Below, one piece after another: positions 18,208 through 28,189 of a stretch of DNA of 64,000 nucleotides (position 1 is the first letter of the stretch; every line of letters begins with the position of its first letter). The notes under the pieces are model-generated. The model did no database searches. It was not told the origin of the DNA and saw nothing but the letters and a program-made list of their open reading frames with translations. A program made the position numbers and the translations under genes. Source of the DNA: Gemmatimonadota bacterium (lineage in GTDB: Bacteria > Gemmatimonadota > Gemmatimonadetes > Longimicrobiales > Gaopeijiaceae); assembly GCA_034521595.1 (NCBI GenBank), contig JAXHMG010000002.1, positions 192,001 to 256,000 on the forward strand, given 5' to 3'.

Positions 18208-19592
18208 GAGGGCTGGCGGCTGCCGCCGAGAGGACGCCCGGCCGCCTCCGTCGGAGGCGGAGCACGTCGTGCCACGAGCACCTCGTCGCGAGTCTCGGAT
18301 CGATCCCGCCGCTCGGTCTCCCAGTCGGGCGGCCCGAACCCCCTTGGATGGTGCGCGGCCTTCGGGCCCCAGACCATGACGCCCTCGGGTGCCAGGAGCT
18401 CACCGAGACGCCGCTGCGCCGCCTTGGACACCGCCTCCAGACCGCCGACCGCGTCGAAGGCCCGGCCATCGACCAGGACGAGATCGAACGGGCCCTCGAG
18501 CTCCGAGAGCCGGTCGGCGAGGTTGCCGGTCAGAACCCGCCGCCTGGACCGGTCGAAACCCTCACCCTCCTCGGCCTGTTCTTCGACCTGCTCCCACTCC
18601 GGCACCGTGCCGAAGTGGCTGAGGCCGAGCTCCACGACGCAGTGCGCCCGCTCCAGAACGGTCACCTCGGCCCGCTCGTGCCGTGCCAGAACTTCGGAGG
18701 GAGCGTGCGACGCGCCACCCCCGACGTGGAGGACGCGGGGCGCCTCAGGGGCATCGGAGGATGCGAGGATCTCCCTCGCCGTGGCCACGTCCCAGGCGAT
18801 CTCGCTTCCGGACGCCCACGTCCCATCCCCGACGCTCCGGCCATCCCCGCCACGCTCCGCCCGCTGAACCGTCCGGACGACGTCACCTTCGAGCAACAGC
18901 CATTCGATCACGTCCCCACCCGCGTGCACCCGCTCCTCCACTCGAACCGGTGGCGGGCCCACACACCCCTTCGCCACCTCGCGCCGGCGAGGCGTACCGG
19001 ATCGGACCACTCCGTACGTCATGCCACCGAGCGACACGAGGACGAGACAGAGGACGAGCAACGACGCCGGGGTCGGCGCCTGGGGGAGCAGAAAACCCGT
19101 GAGCGCGAAACCCGCGGCCGCCCCGAAGGCCCCCACCGAGGCATGCCGGGGTGGGACGGCGCCGGCATTGCGATACGCCTCGAACACCAGTCCGCTCAGG
19201 AGCGCTCCGCACGCGTAGAGGGGGAGCCCGACCAAAACGGCCAGCCCCAGCCCCTGCCCGACCCGACCACTCCCGATCGTGGGCACCATCGTCCAAACCG
19301 TCCCGAACACCGTCGCCGCCAGGAACGCGACCAAGGTGAAGATCCACCTTCGGCGTATGCCGTCGACCGGCTCCGGCTTGGGGTACGGAGTCCACAGTCC
19401 GACCGCGAGCGCCGTCGCTTCGACGGTCAGAACGGTGGTCAGGGAGCGAGTGAAGCCCGGACCGCTGTAGAGAAGCAGACCCATGCCCACCTCGGCGGCC
19501 ACGGCGCTCGCGAATCCGACCACGAACACGGGCACCCACCCGAGGGGATGCCGGGCCTCGCCGGGCGGTCGACCCGCCGGACCTGCGCTCAC
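18204..19592 (-). CDS. Membrane-fused spermidine-synthase-like SAM-binding protein
   Basis: About 6 N-terminal TM helices, then a Rossmann motif RVLHVGGG...VTVLE...FDLVLVD...LLAPEGV. 4-bp overlaps with both neighbours. Confidence 0.7.
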   Translation of the reverse strand: MSAGPAGRPPGEARHPLGWVPVFVVGFASAVAAEVGMGLLLYSGPGFTRSLTTVLTVEATALAVGLWTPYPKPEPVDGIRRRWIFTLVAFLAATVFGTVWTMVPTIGSGRVGQGLGLAVLVGLPLYACGALLSGLVFEAYRNAGAVPPRHASVGAFGAAAGFALTGFLLPQAPTPASLLVLCLVLVSLGGMTYGVVRSGTPRRREVAKGCVGPPPVRVEERVHAGGDVIEWLLLEGDVVRTVQRAERGGDGRSVGDGTWASGSEIAWDVATAREILASSDAPEAPRVLHVGGGASHAPSEVLARHERAEVTVLERAHCVVELGLSHFGTVPEWEQVEEQAEEGEGFDRSRRRVLTGNLADRLSELEGPFDLVLVDGRAFDAVGGLEAVSKAAQRRLGELLAPEGVMVWGPKAAHHPRGFGPPDWETERRDRSETRDEVLVARRAPPPTEAAGRPLGGSRQPS

Positions 19593-20074
19593 GAGGCGAC
19601 CGACCCGAAGGCCCCTTCGTGGTAGACCATGGACGGCTGCTCACTCACGCCCGTGGCACGCACTTCGCCCACGATGATCGTGTGATCACCCCCCGGATGC
19701 GCTTCGTGGAGCGTGCACTGAAGCCACGCGGAAGCCCCCCTTATGACCGGATGCCCGTCCGGCCCCACGAACCACTCCACCTCGTCGAAGCGACCCTCCG
19801 AGGGATCGACCGCGAAGCGACTCGCGACCGAAGCCTGCGCTTCGGAGAGGACGCTGATACCGAACCCTTCGGCCTCGAGGATCCGATCATGGGTATCCGA
19901 CGACCGATCGATGCAAACCAGGACGAGGGGCGGCTCGAGCGAGACCGACGTGAAGGCGCTCACGGTCAATCCCCACGGATAGCCGGAAGCATCGGTAACG
20001 GCCACGACGGTCACCCCGGTGGGAAAGCGTCGCATGGCTTGCCGGAAGTCGCCCGTGCTCACTGGTGAAACCAT
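19589..20074 (-). CDS. Flavin reductase (HpaC/DIM6-NTAB family)
   Basis: FRQAMRRFPTGVTVV, GLTVSAFTSVSLEPPLVLVC, GGDHTIIVGEV. Confidence 0.93.
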   Translation of the reverse strand: MVSPVSTGDFRQAMRRFPTGVTVVAVTDASGYPWGLTVSAFTSVSLEPPLVLVCIDRSSDTHDRILEAEGFGISVLSEAQASVASRFAVDPSEGRFDEVEWFVGPDGHPVIRGASAWLQCTLHEAHPGGDHTIIVGEVRATGVSEQPSMVYHEGAFGSVAS

Positions 20075-20200
20075 TGGCTCGTCATCCTCGGGAGGCACGA
20101 TGGAGTCGCCGGGGCGTGCTTGCTCGTCGGTGCCTCACCGCTAGGTTTCGAAGCCCGAGCCGAGGCGGTGCCGGACAGCGAAACTGGACTGAAGGCCCTG

Positions 20201-21190
20201 ATGCGACGCCATTTCCTAACGATTGCGGTGATCTTAACCGTGGCCAGCGGCTGCGACAACGTGGCGTGGGGTGGAATCGACGTCACGATCGAGTCGCCCT
20301 CGACGCTCGCGGACACCGGCCGGGACTCCGCGAGCGTCGAGGAGCCCGAAGCGCCCCAACCCCGCCTGGGACCCGCGCTCTTGGCTGGTAGACGCCAAGG
20401 TTCCGAGGTGCGGCTGTCTCCGGTGGGCATGCTCCTCGACGACTCCCTCGCCCCGCTCCCCGGCCCGGCCGACAGCGCCGCGCACGCCGAGGCGCTAGCC
20501 ATGCTCGACAGCGGCTCGGAGTGGGTGCTCTTCGGCGCCGGCGCGAGAATCGGGACGCTGCGCGTCACCGAAACGGCGCAGGACCCGGAGCTGTGCGGCC
20601 TCGACCGCGTGCTCGTGGGCCCGCCGGAGCTGTTGCCGGATGCGGCGAACCAGGAACGCTTCCTCGCCCTCTCCGCCGACTACGCCGAGGCCTGGTCGGC
20701 AGGTGAATACGCGCCGCTCGCGCACAACTATAACCAACGGGTGGCTTCACTCGAGCTGGGTGGGGCCGCGCTTCCCCGTGTCGGAGCGCGCTGGCCGGCC
20801 GAGGGCATGCTCGGCTCGAGGCAGGACATCCAGGCGTTCCGGCCCGCCGAGGACGCCACACCTTCGATCGCCGCGACGTTCGTCGTCGGAGACGCGCTCG
20901 ACACTTCGGCGCCCTCCACCGACGCGTACGCGCTCTTTCTGATGGCCCGCGAGAGCCCCGAAGGATTCGAGGAGACGTACCTCTGGTACCGGCCGGCGGC
21001 CGAGGGCAAAGCGGTGCCCCGCCTGGTCGAGCACCTCGACTGGGATCGAGACGGACGCGCCGAAGCGCTGTTGGAGGTGCTGGGAGAGGGCCGCCGAGGG
21101 TACGTCGGCTTGGAACGGGACGACGACGGAGCCTGGAGCGAGGCCTACCGGAGTCCCTGCGCCCATACGTCGGGGACCACGGAGCGTTGA
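20201..21190 (+). CDS. Hypothetical lipoprotein
   Basis: MRRHFLTIAVILTVASG-C lipobox; DWDRDGRAE Ca-binding-type loop; stop overlaps the next start. Confidence 0.72.
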   Translation: MRRHFLTIAVILTVASGCDNVAWGGIDVTIESPSTLADTGRDSASVEEPEAPQPRLGPALLAGRRQGSEVRLSPVGMLLDDSLAPLPGPADSAAHAEALAMLDSGSEWVLFGAGARIGTLRVTETAQDPELCGLDRVLVGPPELLPDAANQERFLALSADYAEAWSAGEYAPLAHNYNQRVASLELGGAALPRVGARWPAEGMLGSRQDIQAFRPAEDATPSIAATFVVGDALDTSAPSTDAYALFLMARESPEGFEETYLWYRPAAEGKAVPRLVEHLDWDRDGRAEALLEVLGEGRRGYVGLERDDDGAWSEAYRSPCAHTSGTTER

Positions 21191-22107
21191 CGCGCCCTTC
21201 ATCGGCGCCACGCCGCGTCGCGCGGCCGCGGCTCCGCTTTTGGGCGTGCCTCTGCGCTTGCGTTGCGGGGCTGGCGGCGGCGTGCGATGCGCCGGAGCAG
21301 GACGCGAGCCAGTCGTCGATGTCCGGCGCGATCGAAGTCCGGGATGCGAGCGGCCGCACCGTGCGGCTCGCTGACCCAGCCACCCGCGTCATCTCCCTCG
21401 TGCCTTCCGCCACGCTCACCCTCCGGGCGATTGGCGCCGCGGACCATCTGGTGGGACGCACCGACTTCGACGAGGGAGTGGGCCTCGACTCCCTGCCTTC
21501 GGTCGGTGCCGGCCTGGAGCCGAGCCTCGAGGCCATCGTCTCGTTGCGCCCGGATCTGGTCGTACGCTTCGCCGGCGACCAGGACCGCCGCACCCCGTCA
21601 CGGCTCGACGACCTGGGCATTCCGCACCTCGCCGTCCGGCCCGACAGGATCGAGGACGTCCTCGCGAGCATCGACATGCTCGGACGGGTGACGGGGCGCT
21701 CGGCGGCCGCCGATTCGCTCGTCGACCAAATCCGCGCCGATCTGGATCGGGTCGGGGAGCTGGTCGCGTCCCGACCGCCCCTCGAGGTCGCCTACGTGCT
21801 CGGCGGCACACCCCCGTGGGTCGCGGGTCCCGGCACGTACATCCACGAGCTCATCGAGCTCGCCGGAGGGGAGAACGTCTTCGCCGACCTCGACAACCTC
21901 TACCAGGCGGTGAGTCCGGAGGAGATCCGGTCCCGTGCCATCGATGTCGTGCTCGTGTCCGGCACCGACGTCTTCGACCGGACATTGGCACCCGACGCGC
22001 GCATCGAGACGGTCGACGAGAGCCTCGAGATTCCCGGTCCGAGCCTCGCGAGCTCGGCACGCCGCATGGCCGAGCTGCTACACGGTCCGCTTCCCTCCGG
22101 GCCATGA
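21187..22107 (+). CDS. Cobalamin/iron-siderophore ABC transporter substrate-binding lipoprotein (BtuF-like)
   Basis: LAAAC lipobox, VRDASGRTV...RVISLVPS, SLEAIVSLRPDLV, ELIELAGGENV, PGP motif. Confidence 0.85.
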   Translation: MTRPSSAPRRVARPRLRFWACLCACVAGLAAACDAPEQDASQSSMSGAIEVRDASGRTVRLADPATRVISLVPSATLTLRAIGAADHLVGRTDFDEGVGLDSLPSVGAGLEPSLEAIVSLRPDLVVRFAGDQDRRTPSRLDDLGIPHLAVRPDRIEDVLASIDMLGRVTGRSAAADSLVDQIRADLDRVGELVASRPPLEVAYVLGGTPPWVAGPGTYIHELIELAGGENVFADLDNLYQAVSPEEIRSRAIDVVLVSGTDVFDRTLAPDARIETVDESLEIPGPSLASSARRMAELLHGPLPSGP

Positions 22108-23096
22108 GCCGCTGGGCCTTGGGCGTCGGCCTGACGGTCGCCACCCTCGCCTCCGTCCTTCTCGGCGTGCGCCTCGGCTCGGTTCCGCTCTCGACGGCCG
22201 AGGTGCTCGGCGCGCTCGGCGGAGGCGGAGATCCGGTGGCCCGGGATATCGTGGTCCGGCTGCGGCTTCCCCGGGTCCTGCTCGGGTTGCTCGTGGGGGG
22301 TGGGCTCGCGATCTCGGGGGCCACCTTCCAGGCGCTGCTTCGAAACCCGCTCGCCGAGCCCTACATCCTCGGTATCTCGGGTGGGGCATCCGTCGGCGCG
22401 GTGCTCGTGCTCGCGTTCGGTTGGATCGCGGCCGGATCCTGGGCCCTCCCCCTCGCGGCATTCATCGGCGCGCTCGTCGCCATCGGGCTCGTCTTCCGGG
22501 TCGCCACGGCGACGGGGCGAGCGATGGACGTACGCGTGCTCCTCCTCGCCGGCGTCGTCGTGGCGGCATTCTTCTCGGCATGCATCGCCTTCATTCTCTC
22601 CATCTCGCCCGCGCGCACGGTGCAGAGCGCCGTCCTCTGGATCATGGGCAGCTTGGCCGGCGCCACCTGGCGTGGGGTCCTCCTGACCGCCGTTTACACC
22701 ACGCCCGCCGTGCTCCTGTTGATCGGGTTGGCCCGACCGCTCAATCTCCTCTCCATCGGCGAGGAAACCGCCCACCACCTCGGAGCCGACGTGGAGCGCG
22801 TCAAGCGCGCGTCCCTCGCGGTGGCGGCGCTCATCACCGCCTCCGGGGTCGCGGTCGCCGGCGTCATCGGGTTCGTCGGGCTGATCGTTCCACACGCGGT
22901 CCGACTCCTCGTCGGCTCCGACCACCGGGCTCTGCTTCCGCTCTCGTTCTTGGCGGGTGCCGCATTCCTCACCCTCGCGGACCTCGCGGCCAGGCTGACG
23001 CTCGCTCCCACCGAGATCCCCATCGGGGTGATCACGGCCTTCATCGGCGTCCCGTTCTTCCTCGTGCTCCTCCGGCGTAGCGTGACGGGTCGATGA
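22104..23096 (+). CDS. FecCD/BtuC family ABC permease
   Basis: LRLPRVLL, FQALLRNPLAEPYILGISGGA, GEETAHHLG, IGFVGLIVPH, EIPIGVITAFIGVPFF. Start set at ATG 22104. Confidence 0.93.
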   Translation: MSRWALGVGLTVATLASVLLGVRLGSVPLSTAEVLGALGGGGDPVARDIVVRLRLPRVLLGLLVGGGLAISGATFQALLRNPLAEPYILGISGGASVGAVLVLAFGWIAAGSWALPLAAFIGALVAIGLVFRVATATGRAMDVRVLLLAGVVVAAFFSACIAFILSISPARTVQSAVLWIMGSLAGATWRGVLLTAVYTTPAVLLLIGLARPLNLLSIGEETAHHLGADVERVKRASLAVAALITASGVAVAGVIGFVGLIVPHAVRLLVGSDHRALLPLSFLAGAAFLTLADLAARLTLAPTEIPIGVITAFIGVPFFLVLLRRSVTGR

Positions 23097-23872
23097 AGAT
23101 CGCGGCGGAGGGCATCGTCGTGCGGTACCCCGGGAGCAGCGCTCCGGCCTTGGACGACGTCTCCATGAACGTGCCGTCGGGCTCGCTCTACGCGGTGCTG
23201 GGACCGAACGGCTCCGGAAAGTCGTCGCTCATGCGCGCGTTGCTCGGCATACGGCCGCTGGAGCGAGGGCGTGCGCTCCTGGAGGACCGTCGCGTCGAAG
23301 ATTGGGACCGGCGCGCGCTCGCCCGTGCGGTAGGCGCGGTGACCCAGAGCGAAGCGATCTCGTTCCCGCTCACCACACGCGAGATGGTGGCCATGGGCCG
23401 CTACCCCTACCTCGGCCCCCTCGAAAGGGAGCGCGACACCGACCGGAACGCCATCGAGCGCGCTCTGTCCTCATGCGATCTCCTGGAGCTCGCCCGACGC
23501 GACGTGACCACGCTCTCGGGCGGAGAATTCCAGCGAGCGCGCCTCGCCCGCGCACTGGCGCAGGAGCCACGGGCCCTGGTTCTCGACGAGCCGACCGCCA
23601 GCCTCGACGTGGGTCACGAGATGACGATCCTCGAGCTCCTCAGATCCTCGGCGGACGCCGGAATCACCGTGCTCCTGATCACCCACGGCCTCGATATGGC
23701 GTCCCGCTTCGCCGATCGCCTGCTCCTCCTGTCTCGCGGGATCGTGGCCGCGGAAGGGACGCCCCAGGAGGTCGTGCGCGAGGAAATCCTGCGCGAAGTG
23801 TACGGGTGGCCGCTCGCGGTGCACGAAGATCCCACCACGGGGGCTCCGAGGGTCACACCTCTTTCTTCCTGA
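23093..23872 (+). CDS. FecE/BtuD family ABC ATPase
   Basis: Walker A GPNGSGKS, signature LSGGE, Walker B LVLDEPT, H-loop ITH. Confidence 0.93.
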   Translation: MKIAAEGIVVRYPGSSAPALDDVSMNVPSGSLYAVLGPNGSGKSSLMRALLGIRPLERGRALLEDRRVEDWDRRALARAVGAVTQSEAISFPLTTREMVAMGRYPYLGPLERERDTDRNAIERALSSCDLLELARRDVTTLSGGEFQRARLARALAQEPRALVLDEPTASLDVGHEMTILELLRSSADAGITVLLITHGLDMASRFADRLLLLSRGIVAAEGTPQEVVREEILREVYGWPLAVHEDPTTGAPRVTPLSS

Positions 23873-23913
23873 TCGCTCCTCGCGCCCGGCGGTGGCGACC
23901 GGCCACGCACTGC

Positions 23914-24903
23914 TCAGTACTCCGCCATGCCTTCGGCGTCTTCGCGAAGGGTGACATAGCTTCCGTACCGAGACTCCGGAATCCGCCCCTCCTCGACGGC
24001 CTCTAGCACGGCACAGTCCGGCTCGTGCCGGTGGGTGCACGACCGAAACCGACATGCCGCGCCCATTGCGTGGATCTCGGGAAAGCAGATCTCCACGTCT
24101 TCCGGTGCGATACCCCAGAGCGCGACGTCACTGAACCCCGGCGTATCCGCGACCAGCCCGCCGCTCGCGAGGCGGATGAGCCTGGAGCCGACGGTCGTGT
24201 GTCGGCCCGTCGACGTCTTTCCGGACAGGGCTCCGACCTTCAAGGAGAGTCCGGGCTCGAGTGTGTTCAGGAGGGACGATTTGCCGACACCGGACGGGCC
24301 CACGAGCGCCGAAGCTCCCGAAGCGCACAGCGCGCGGAGCGTATCCATGCTCTCGCCGGTCACGGCGCTCACCGCGAGCACATCGTAGCCGAGCCCACCG
24401 TACAGCTCCGTCAAAGCACCGACGTCAGCCGCATCCTTCGCGAGATCCACCTTGTTGACCACCAGGACCGGACGCATGCCGCTGGCCTCGACGAGGGCCA
24501 GCAGGCGGTCGATCAGCTCGGGCGTGGCCTCCGGCTCGCCGAACGCGACCACGGCCAGGACCCGGTCGAGGTTCGCGGCCAACACCTTTCCGCTCCGCCC
24601 GCCCCGCCCGCGTCGGACCAAGGCGGTGCGCCTGGGCTCCACCCCCTCCACGGTCCACGCTTCATCCGAAGGAGCCACACGGACTCGGTCGCCGATGACC
24701 GCCTGGGCTGCTTCGTCGGGACGCCGCTTCAACCGACCCCGGAGCGTCGCCTCCACCCGCCGACCGTCATCCAGCTCGACCACGTACGCTCCACCCGCGC
24801 TGGCATGCACGGTACCGAAAAGCGCCCCCTGCGGGAGCGTGTCGTCACTCCCACGGGGGGCGCCTCGGGACCTTCCCGGCCGCCTTCGCGGCCCGGCCGT
24901 CAC
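23914..24903 (-). CDS. rsgA: Ribosome small subunit-dependent GTPase A
   Basis: OB fold (VIGDRV), NKVD, GPSGVGKSSLLN, GRHTT, DTPG and Zn finger CRFRSCTHRHEPDC. Confidence 0.95.
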   Translation of the reverse strand: MTAGPRRRPGRSRGAPRGSDDTLPQGALFGTVHASAGGAYVVELDDGRRVEATLRGRLKRRPDEAAQAVIGDRVRVAPSDEAWTVEGVEPRRTALVRRGRGGRSGKVLAANLDRVLAVVAFGEPEATPELIDRLLALVEASGMRPVLVVNKVDLAKDAADVGALTELYGGLGYDVLAVSAVTGESMDTLRALCASGASALVGPSGVGKSSLLNTLEPGLSLKVGALSGKTSTGRHTTVGSRLIRLASGGLVADTPGFSDVALWGIAPEDVEICFPEIHAMGAACRFRSCTHRHEPDCAVLEAVEEGRIPESRYGSYVTLREDAEGMAEY

Positions 24904-25805
24904 GCCGCGAAGGACTCCAGAGCGTTGCCCTTGTCGCCTTCACGGAGACGCCGCAGGGCACGATCACGGAGCTGGCGGATCCGCTCGCGCGTCACGCCGA
25001 GCAGGTTGCCGATCTCTTCGAGGGTGTGCTCACGCTCACCTTCCAAACCGAAGTACAGTCGCAGCACCTTGGCGTCGCGCGCCTCGAGCGTGGACAGCGC
25101 CTCGGTGATCATCTCCGTGAGCAGGCGACCTTCGACCTCGATCTCCGGCTCCGCGGCCTCCTCGGTGATGAACCGTTCGACGAGCTGAGAGTCCTCCGAG
25201 TCACCGATCGGCGCGTCGAGTCGGATCTCGGCCGCGTTCAGCGTCTGCAGCGACTCGACGAGCTCCGGCGTGAGCGCGGTGGCTTCGGCCAGCTCGTCGG
25301 TCGACGGGTCGCGCCCTTTCTCCTGCTTGAGACGCTCCTTTTCCCGGAAGATCCGAGCCAGATCGCTCGCGCGGTTCAGCGGCACGCGCACGGCACGGCC
25401 GTGATTGGCCAGCGAGGCGAGAATGGCCTGACGGATCCACCACACGGCGTAGCTGATGAACTTCACGCCCTGCTCGGGATCGAACTTCCGCGCGGCCGTC
25501 ACGAGCCCGACATTTCCTTCCTGGATCAGGTCCGTGAGGGAGACGCCACGATTCTGGTACTTCTTCGCGACGCTGATCACGAAGCGCAGGTTCGCGCGAG
25601 CGAGCTCCTGAATCGCATCCTGATCACCCTTCTGGGCAAGCGCGCCGAGCTCCTTCTCACGCTCGGGCGTGATGAGCTCATGACGGCTCACGTCGCGCAG
25701 ATACTGGTCGAGGGCGCTCTGCTCCTCCACGCTGGCGTCGAAGCCGGAGAGCAGGTTGCCTTTACCACGACGTTGCTGACGCTTTCCAGTCGGGGCAGCT
25801 GCCAT
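24900..25805 (-). CDS. RpoD/SigA-like sigma70 factor lacking region 1.1
   Basis: LDQYLRDV, ANLRFVISVAKKY, DLIQEGNVGL, FISYAVWWIRQ, TLEEIGNLLGVTRERIRQ. Confidence 0.93.
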   Translation of the reverse strand: MAAAPTGKRQQRRGKGNLLSGFDASVEEQSALDQYLRDVSRHELITPEREKELGALAQKGDQDAIQELARANLRFVISVAKKYQNRGVSLTDLIQEGNVGLVTAARKFDPEQGVKFISYAVWWIRQAILASLANHGRAVRVPLNRASDLARIFREKERLKQEKGRDPSTDELAEATALTPELVESLQTLNAAEIRLDAPIGDSEDSQLVERFITEEAAEPEIEVEGRLLTEMITEALSTLEARDAKVLRLYFGLEGEREHTLEEIGNLLGVTRERIRQLRDRALRRLREGDKGNALESFAA

Positions 25806-25909
25806 TGTGTTCTATTCTCCTTCGAGTCTTCTCCCGCGCCAAGACGGTTGAAAAACGGACCGTCCCGCAGACCGGAAGAGCATAGACATCATAAACTCCT
25901 AAGCCGTTT

Positions 25910-25938
25910 AAGGTGCCGGGGCCGGCCAGGAGTGTCAA
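25910..25938 (-). promoter_or_regulatory. Putative sigma70 promoter of the sigma-rsgA pair
   Basis: Minus strand TTGACA, 17-nt spacer, CACCTT. Confidence 0.55.
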
Positions 25939-26085
25939 CGTTACTTGAGCGGCACTCTTACTCTGTGCCTCCCGTGAGGTTCCGCCCTCCAACCTCCATA
26001 TAGCGCCTCGCACGCCGTGCTGCAAAATCGGAGGCCGGGCATCCGGTTGCTCCGCGGATGAACACTCCCCTAGCTTGGCGTTCTC

Positions 26086-26916
26086 ATGACCTCGACCCCA
26101 CCCTGCATCGTGGTCGGTGCAACCGACCGTGGCCTTCGGCGCGCCCGTAACGAGGACAGCTTCACGGTCTTCCCCGAGCACGGCGTCGCTGTCGTCGCCG
26201 ACGGCATGGGTGGCCACCCCGGAGGTGACGTAGCAAGCGAGATCGCGGCCCGAACCACGGCCGACCGCCTCCGGCGCGTCTTCCCACACGGCTCGGAAAC
26301 GAACGACCCGGGAGCCGACCCCGCCACGTCTCCGTCCACGGACCACATTACACGGAAGACCCGGGAAAGAGCCATGAGACAATCGGTCCTCGACGCGCAC
26401 CAGGCGGTGCTGTCCCGTGGCCGCGCCGAGCCGTCGCTGACCGGCATGGGGACGACCACGACCGCGCTCGTCGTGGACGCGGATGCTGCCCGCTACACCG
26501 TCGGCAACGTGGGGGACTCGCGCGCGTACCTTCTGCGAGACGGGCGGCTCGAGCAACTCACTCGGGACGACACCCGACTCCAAGAGCTGATCGAAGCCGG
26601 CGCCGTCCGCCCTGAAGACGCCATGGGCCACCCGGAATCGCACATGCTCACGCAGTGCGTCGGGTTGGCGCCCGCGCCCGTGCCCCGGGTCGTCGAGGAT
26701 CGCACTCGCCCGGGCGACGTGTTCCTTCTCTGCTCGGACGGACTCATCGCGTGCCTCCGCGACACGGAGATCCGGGCGATTCTCACCCGGTCGCTCGACG
26801 GCACCGCGGCCGGAGCCGAACGTGCCGTGGCGCGCCTCATCGAGGAGACGAACGCCGCCGGTGGCGTGGACAACGTCACGGTCGTGGTGATCTCGATTCC
26901 GGAACACGACGCGTGA
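26086..26916 (+). CDS. PP2C/PrpC family Ser/Thr protein phosphatase
   Basis: TDRGLRRARNEDS, VVADGMGGH, GMGTT, VGDSRAY, LLCSDGL, GGVDNVT. Confidence 0.94.
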   Translation: MTSTPPCIVVGATDRGLRRARNEDSFTVFPEHGVAVVADGMGGHPGGDVASEIAARTTADRLRRVFPHGSETNDPGADPATSPSTDHITRKTRERAMRQSVLDAHQAVLSRGRAEPSLTGMGTTTTALVVDADAARYTVGNVGDSRAYLLRDGRLEQLTRDDTRLQELIEAGAVRPEDAMGHPESHMLTQCVGLAPAPVPRVVEDRTRPGDVFLLCSDGLIACLRDTEIRAILTRSLDGTAAGAERAVARLIEETNAAGGVDNVTVVVISIPEHDA

Positions 26917-28189
26917 TGCGCTCCAAGACCCACTCCGGGGCGACCTCGCGCCGTTCGAAGGTGAACACGCGGAGAACCCGGGTCGTGGTGTAGAGCTCGC
27001 GCGTGACCTTGGGAAGGTCGAACAGCCCCGGCACACCGTCCGGGCCCGACCGCTCGACACCTCCGCCCCGCCGCTCGATCAACAGGTCGAGCTGAAACAT
27101 CGCCGCCTTCGCGGGGAAGTCCACCATGACCTCGCCGGACTCGAGACCGAGCTCCGTGGCGAGATCGTCCTCGATCGCCCGTTTCCAGGGCGAGGCGCCC
27201 ACGGCCCAGTCCTCGACCCGGCGTCCCTGGAGGTCGGCCGCGGTCAGCTCCACCGCCCGCTTCGGCAGGCGCCGGTGCCGGAGCGCGGGGAGCCACCGGG
27301 ACGCGATCCGCCCGGCCACCTCACCGTCGTCTTCGAGAGCCCGCCGTCCGATCTCGTACAGGAGCTCCTCATCGGTCGGCCCCACCAGCTCTTCCGGATC
27401 GAGCAATCCAGCGCTCACCGAATCCTCCACGATCCGCTTGTACAGCGCCGTCGCCGCGCGCACCGCGTGATGCCAGTACACGTTCCGGAACATCTGGTAT
27501 TTCGCGAACAGGAGTGATTCGAGCGCCGCGACTCCCTTCTCGTGAACGCCGACCTCGTACGCCCCCGACTCCGGGTCCCGGACGAGCACGAGCGCCTGGA
27601 GCAAGCGGGGCACGTCGACCTCACCGTACGGGACCCCGCAGAACCGGGCGTCCCGGCGCAGATACTCCATCTTGTCCAGATCCAGGCTGCCGCTGATCAG
27701 GCCCCGCAACGGCACCGTGCTCTGCCCGCTGATGAGCTGGTGGATGCGGTCGGCGGCCGCCAGACCGAGCGGGGCCAATGCGTCACGAAGGGCCGGAGCT
27801 CCGAAGAAGCGGCGTCCCGCCTCCTCGTGGTCACCGGGCACGTGATCGGCGTCGAGCTCCTCGAGCGCGTGTGAAAAGGGATAGTGGCCGATGTCGTGCA
27901 GGAGGGCGGCGTACGGCACCAGCTCCTCGTCCTCCCATGCTTCCGGCGGCACCCCACCTCGGTCCCTGAGCCGCTGCAGCGCCTGCACGGTCAGGTGGTA
28001 CACGCCGAGCGCGTGATCGAAGCGGGTGTGTGTCGCGCCCGGGTAGACGAGGTGGGTCCACCCGAGCTGACGGATGTAGCGGAGACGCTGAAACTCCGCT
28101 GTATCCACGATCCGCCGGGCCGTCGCGTCGAGCCGGATCGTGTTCCACAGCGGGTCACGAATGATCTTGCCTCGAGGTGTCGTGCTCAT
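26876..28189 (-). CDS. HD-domain phosphohydrolase (SAMHD1/YdhJ-like putative dNTPase)
   Basis: IRDP, FQRLRYIRQLG, YPGATHTRFDHALG, LLHDIGHYPFSH, DLDKMEYLRRD, MFRNVYWH. Confidence 0.9.
   Translation of the reverse strand: MSTTPRGKIIRDPLWNTIRLDATARRIVDTAEFQRLRYIRQLGWTHLVYPGATHTRFDHALGVYHLTVQALQRLRDRGGVPPEAWEDEELVPYAALLHDIGHYPFSHALEELDADHVPGDHEEAGRRFFGAPALRDALAPLGLAAADRIHQLISGQSTVPLRGLISGSLDLDKMEYLRRDARFCGVPYGEVDVPRLLQALVLVRDPESGAYEVGVHEKGVAALESLLFAKYQMFRNVYWHHAVRAATALYKRIVEDSVSAGLLDPEELVGPTDEELLYEIGRRALEDDGEVAGRIASRWLPALRHRRLPKRAVELTAADLQGRRVEDWAVGASPWKRAIEDDLATELGLESGEVMVDFPAKAAMFQLDLLIERRGGGVERSGPDGVPGLFDLPKVTRELYTTTRVLRVFTFERREVAPEWVLERITRRVPESRSPRP

Noticed and set aside
20075-20200. Cobalamin riboswitch upstream of the Btu-like operon
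   Set aside because: The region is short and I found no B12-box-like motifs.
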